64,000 nt of DNA from Alphaproteobacteria bacterium (lineage in GTDB: Bacteria; Pseudomonadota; Alphaproteobacteria; CAAHEQ01; UBA3637), in contig JAZLAQ010000017.1 of NCBI GenBank assembly GCA_045613285.1, forward strand, positions 8,264 to 72,263. Reading direction: 5' to 3'. The position numbers and the translations under genes were made by a program. Of the stretch, positions 60,388 through 64,000 are shown piece after piece (the stretch's first letter is position 1; each line of letters begins with the position of its first letter). A model generated the notes under the pieces. The model was not told where the DNA came from, searched no databases, and worked only from the letters and a program-made list of their open reading frames with translations.

Positions 60388-61314
60388 ATGAAAAAAATAG
60401 TTGAGGCTATCGCATGTGGAATTGTTTTTTTATTAGCTGTATGCATTATTATTTCCACAATATTCAATCCTTTTCATATCCAACATGAAATTATATTTTC
60501 ACCGGTTACTATTATATATATCTTTTTAATATTGCTTGTTTTGTTATTCGCTAATCATTATGAAGAAATTAATATAGGGAAGGTTTTTGAATTAAGGAAA
60601 ATTATAAAAGCAAAAGAGGAAGAAAAAGAAAGTTTACAGAAGAGAAATGACGCTTTAATTAATCAAATCACTATGATGACAACCAATATTTGTTCCCAAC
60701 AAAATCAAAGCACATTTAATTTGAACGGTTTTAGTGTTGAAACATTAAAAGAACTATTGAATGTTAAGGCAGCAACAAAGGAAGAAAAAGATGCCAACAA
60801 GAAACAAAAAGAAGAGGAGGTAAAAGAAGCCCGTGAAGCGTTAAACAACGATGAAAGAACTAGAAGATGGGATCATTGGAGGATGATAGAGGGTAATTTT
60901 ATTGATTACACTTTGTTGGATAAAAAAGATGCTCAGAAAGAAGTTAAAATGAGTTCAATTGTGGATTCGTTAGACCCTATTTCAACAGAATTTCCACTAC
61001 TTTTTGATGGATATTACAAAGTGGGCGAAGATGACATTTTTATGGATGTAAAAATTATGGCCTCTCTTATGCAAAGAGAACGTATATACATAATGCTAAA
61101 TCGGGTAAAGTTATATAGAGAGATTAAGAAAAATAATGCCAGTTTGCGTCTTGTATATCTTAATGTGGATAGAAAAGATGCTGATAATGAAAGGTTTTAT
61201 AGAGAAATAGACAGAATAAAATCAATTTTTAAAAAGTCTATTGATAGTGGATTGCTGCAAATAGATGTATATGACAAAAAATCCATAGATGAAATATTAA
61301 AGGATCAACAATGA
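60388..61314 (+). CDS. Unknown 308-aa membrane/coiled-coil protein embedded between hsdR and hsdM
   Basis: The ATG lies 2 nt after the hsdR stop, and its stop overlaps the hsdM ATG. It has two N-terminal TM helices, a KE-rich coiled coil, and a C-terminal globular domain with FDGYY...DDIFMDVKI. Confidence 0.7.
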   Translation: MKKIVEAIACGIVFLLAVCIIISTIFNPFHIQHEIIFSPVTIIYIFLILLVLLFANHYEEINIGKVFELRKIIKAKEEEKESLQKRNDALINQITMMTTNICSQQNQSTFNLNGFSVETLKELLNVKAATKEEKDANKKQKEEEVKEAREALNNDERTRRWDHWRMIEGNFIDYTLLDKKDAQKEVKMSSIVDSLDPISTEFPLLFDGYYKVGEDDIFMDVKIMASLMQRERIYIMLNRVKLYREIKKNNASLRLVYLNVDRKDADNERFYREIDRIKSIFKKSIDSGLLQIDVYDKKSIDEILKDQQ

Positions 61315-62768
61315 CAAACTTATCATCAACGATTAAGACTATTCAAAACATCATGCGCAAAGATTCTGGCGTTGATGGTGATGCTCAACGTATTGGACAA
61401 CTCTCATGGATGTTGTTTTTAAAAATATTTTCAGATAGCGAAGAAAACTGGAGCTTTTATGAAGAGGGGTATGAATCTCCTATCCCAGCAGAGCTTCAAT
61501 GGGCTGCATGGGCAAGTGATGATGAAGGTATAACAGGAGATGAACTTCTGGATTTTGTGAACAATAAACTTTTCCCAACATTGAAAAATCTGCCAACCGA
61601 AGGCAATAAAAGAGCCTTCATGATTCGGTCCATTTTTGAAGATGCGATCAATTACATGAAATCCGGTCAGTTATTACGTCAAATAATCAATAAAATTAAT
61701 GAAATTGACTTTAACTCATCTGAAGATCGTCATATTTTTGGTGATATTTATGAACAGATTTTAAAAGGTTTGCAATCAGCGGGCAATGCCGGTGAATTTT
61801 ATACACCACGAGCTGTTACTCAATTTATGACCGAAATGGTGGATCCCCAACTTGGTCAAACTGTATTGGATCCTGCATGTGGTACGGGTGGTTTCTTGGC
61901 CTGTGCAATAAACCATATGAAAAAGCAAGTCAAAACTCCTGCAGATGAGCAAAAGCTTCAAAAAGGCATTATCGGTTGGGAGAAAAAACAACTGCCCCAT
62001 ATTTTATGTACAACCAATATGATTTTACATGGCTTAGATGTTCCAAATATTCAACACCTGATTGCTGGTAGCTTGGCCAGACCTCTCAACAGTTATGGAA
62101 AAGACGATCGGGTCGATGTCATTTTAACCAACCCTCCATTTGGTGGTATGGAAGAAGATGGGATAGAAAATAATTTCCCGGCCGATGTGCGCACCAAAGA
62201 AACCGCCGACCTTTTCTTGGTTTTAATTATGAAACTTTTAAAAGATGGTGGAAAATGCGCAATGGTGTTACCGGATGGGGCATTATTTGGTGAAGGCGTT
62301 AAGACCCGTATTAAAGAAAAGTTGTTGACTGAGTGCAATTTGCATACAATCATTCGTCTGCCCAAATCGGTTTTTGCACCCTACACATCTATCAACACCA
62401 ATTTATTATTTTTTGAAAAGGGTAGCCCGACAAAGACCACTTGGTTCTACCGTTTAGATATGCCTGATGGTGTTAAAGCCTTCAATAAAACCAATCCAAT
62501 GAAAATAGAACATTTTTCACCGGTTCGGGAATGGTGGAATAACAAACAGGAAATTCAACAAGATGGTTTTGATAAAGCCAAGCAATATACCTTTGCAGAA
62601 TTGAAAGCACGTAACTTTAACCTTGATCTGTGCGGTTATCCGACTATTGAAGAAGAAATTTTAGAACCCAAGGAACTGATCAATCAATATCAAGCCAAAA
62701 GAACTGAATTAAATGCGAATATTGATGGGATATTGGCTGATATAAATAAAATATTGGGGATTAAATAG
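61311..62768 (+). CDS. hsdM: Type I R-M N6-adenine DNA methyltransferase subunit (HsdM)
   Basis: N-terminal HsdM_N block (IKTIQNIMRKDSGVDGDAQRIGQLSWMLFLK), DPACGTGGFL (motif I) and NPPFGG (motif IV). Confidence 0.95.
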   Translation: MTNLSSTIKTIQNIMRKDSGVDGDAQRIGQLSWMLFLKIFSDSEENWSFYEEGYESPIPAELQWAAWASDDEGITGDELLDFVNNKLFPTLKNLPTEGNKRAFMIRSIFEDAINYMKSGQLLRQIINKINEIDFNSSEDRHIFGDIYEQILKGLQSAGNAGEFYTPRAVTQFMTEMVDPQLGQTVLDPACGTGGFLACAINHMKKQVKTPADEQKLQKGIIGWEKKQLPHILCTTNMILHGLDVPNIQHLIAGSLARPLNSYGKDDRVDVILTNPPFGGMEEDGIENNFPADVRTKETADLFLVLIMKLLKDGGKCAMVLPDGALFGEGVKTRIKEKLLTECNLHTIIRLPKSVFAPYTSINTNLLFFEKGSPTKTTWFYRLDMPDGVKAFNKTNPMKIEHFSPVREWWNNKQEIQQDGFDKAKQYTFAELKARNFNLDLCGYPTIEEEILEPKELINQYQAKRTELNANIDGILADINKILGIK

Positions 62769-63635
62769 ATGAACGTTGATATTTCAAATATGGTAATCAA
62801 TATTGGCGAACAATTTTCAAAAATAAATTGGCTTGATGTTGGAGTTACTTTTATTTCCGTGTTTTTAGGTGCTTTTTGGGCTTATAAATTCGGTTTAAAA
62901 TTAGAAATGCTTAAAGCCAAACGTCAAATGAGAGGTGATTTTTGTTCATTATCTGCAGAAGTACAGTTAAAGTTATCAGAATTTCTTAGATATAAAGAGA
63001 ATTTCTTAGATAATATGTTACGATTACATAACGAGGAAAAATTACCGTCAAAAGAAAATTTTTTAATGTTCCCACAGCTTTCATTTTCTTTTGATTTTAA
63101 TAGATATATTTTTCTATCCGATTGTAATCGAGCATTCCTTTCAGAAATGCAGACACTAAAAAACATTGAAGATTTACTAAAAACAACAAAAAATGACTAC
63201 GTAAACAATCTCAAAAATACATTAAACAATAAAAACCTTAATGCTATAAAAGCACTTCAATTTTCTTTTGAAAATTTATATCAAATATATGTTTTAATGT
63301 GTGTTAAATTATATTATTTTAATAAACATTTATGTGAATGCTATGCCCGTTTTTTTAATGTTTATTATTTCGAAAATATCAAAGACGAATATAAAATTAT
63401 AGAAGAATATCATAATTTAGATAAAGATATTAAAGAAGGTATATCTCATTCTTCTAATATTCAATGGGATAAAGAATTCAATTTTTATTGGCAACAACCG
63501 ATGAGTATAAAATGCTATTTTTGTCTGTATTGGCGCATATTAAAAAATAAAATTCAAAAAGTTAAACATTTTTTTATTAAACCAATAAAATGTAAAAACT
63601 GTAGTGCTTGTAAATTCAAAAAAAGGAAAAAGTAA
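62769..63635 (+). CDS. Unknown 288-aa single-TM protein embedded between hsdM and hsdS
   Basis: The ATG directly abuts the hsdM stop, and its stop lies 1 nt before the hsdS ATG. One TM helix (VGVTFISVFLGAFWAY), an AT-rich helical body, and a C-terminal Cys cluster KCYFC...CKNCSACKF. Confidence 0.65.
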   Translation: MNVDISNMVINIGEQFSKINWLDVGVTFISVFLGAFWAYKFGLKLEMLKAKRQMRGDFCSLSAEVQLKLSEFLRYKENFLDNMLRLHNEEKLPSKENFLMFPQLSFSFDFNRYIFLSDCNRAFLSEMQTLKNIEDLLKTTKNDYVNNLKNTLNNKNLNAIKALQFSFENLYQIYVLMCVKLYYFNKHLCECYARFFNVYYFENIKDEYKIIEEYHNLDKDIKEGISHSSNIQWDKEFNFYWQQPMSIKCYFCLYWRILKNKIQKVKHFFIKPIKCKNCSACKFKKRKK

Positions 63636-63636
63636 T

Positions 63637-64000
63637 ATGAAAGCGCAAGATCTAAAAAATTCCATATTACAATTGGCGATTCAAGGGAAATTGGTACCTC
63701 AAGATCCGAATGATGAACCGGCCAATGTCCTATATGAAAAAATCCAATCTGAAAAGCAAAAACTGATTAAAGAAGGCAAAATCAAAAAAGACAAGTCCTT
63801 ACCATCAATCACCGATAATGAAATCCCTTTCACAATCCCCTCAACATGGAAATGGGTACGATTGGGTGATGTTTTTAACATTATAATGGGACAATCGCCA
63901 AATGGAGATAGTGTTTCTCACTCGGTATTAGAGGGAATCGAATTTCATCAAGGGAAGAGTTTTTTTTCAAAAACTTACTTATTGCACTCTGACACTTATA
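63637..64000 (+). CDS. hsdS: Type I R-M specificity subunit (HsdS), 3' end beyond the window
   Basis: Read directly from the sequence; it is absent from the track because it has no stop in the window. It starts MKAQDLKNSILQLAIQGKLVPQDPNDEPANVLYEKIQSEKQKLIKEGKIKKDK...IPSTWKWVRLGDVFNIIMGQSP, a typical HsdS N-terminus and first target-recognition domain (TRD). Confidence 0.85.
   Translation, partial: MKAQDLKNSILQLAIQGKLVPQDPNDEPANVLYEKIQSEKQKLIKEGKIKKDKSLPSITDNEIPFTIPSTWKWVRLGDVFNIIMGQSPNGDSVSHSVLEGIEFHQGKSFFSKTYLLHSDTY

Larger units (their letters stand above)
50944..64000. mobile_element. Integrase-associated genomic island at the 3' side of tRNA-Leu(TAA); the right end lies beyond the window
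   Basis: A tyrosine recombinase gene starts 135 bp after the tRNA. All downstream genes are mobile, defence or toxin-type (InsA-like, dcm pseudogene, Rep-like, Fic, DUF3768, type I R-M). Confidence 0.7.

Noticed and set aside
1-64000. CRISPR arrays, rRNA operons and complete IS elements with DDE transposases
   Set aside because: No regularly spaced direct repeats, rRNA-like sequence or DDE transposase ORF was seen. The only IS-related gene is a stand-alone InsA-like ORF without inverted repeats that I could identify.

Overview
Low-GC bacterial chromosome segment. Gene order and content fit an alphaproteobacterium, probably intracellular or endosymbiont-like; this is inference from tRNA-Trp-secE-nusG-rplKAJL-rpoBC, yfgM-bamB-der, an MJ0042 zinc-ribbon gene next to ftsEX, and MORN/Sel1 repeat proteins. 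About 70% of the window is housekeeping core: the ribosomal protein and RNA polymerase cluster, der/bamB, rlmE/rsmB, a metK-like gene, gpsA, parC, rpmI-rplT, mlaA/mlaC, mutY, fabD, anmK, plsC, ftsEX and miaB. Five tRNAs are present: Trp-CCA, Leu-CAA, Arg-CCG, Gly-CCC and Leu-TAA. There are three accessory zones. (1) A roughly 6.7 kb islet between tRNA-Leu(CAA) and tRNA-Arg(CCG) holds only orphan genes. These include a protein with two or three RNxxxH HEPN motifs and a prepilin-like, Cys-rich, lectin-like protein with a decayed paralog fragment. (2) The rplT to tRNA-Gly spacer carries a 288-bp element with perfect 83-bp inverted arms. It also carries a 49-bp duplication of the tRNA-Gly 3' end. 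(3) An integrase-bounded island at tRNA-Leu(TAA) runs to the window edge. It carries an InsA-like gene, a nonsense-inactivated C5 DNA methyltransferase, an HUH Rep-like gene, a class II Fic protein, a DUF3768 small-gene operon and a type I R-M operon. The best candidate for an undescribed system is that R-M operon. hsdR, hsdM and hsdS are separated by two unknown membrane-protein genes (308 aa and 288 aa) with gaps of 2 nt or less, or overlapping stop/start codons. Two truncated Clp/Hsp100-like ATPases are also unusual. No CRISPR array or rRNA was seen.
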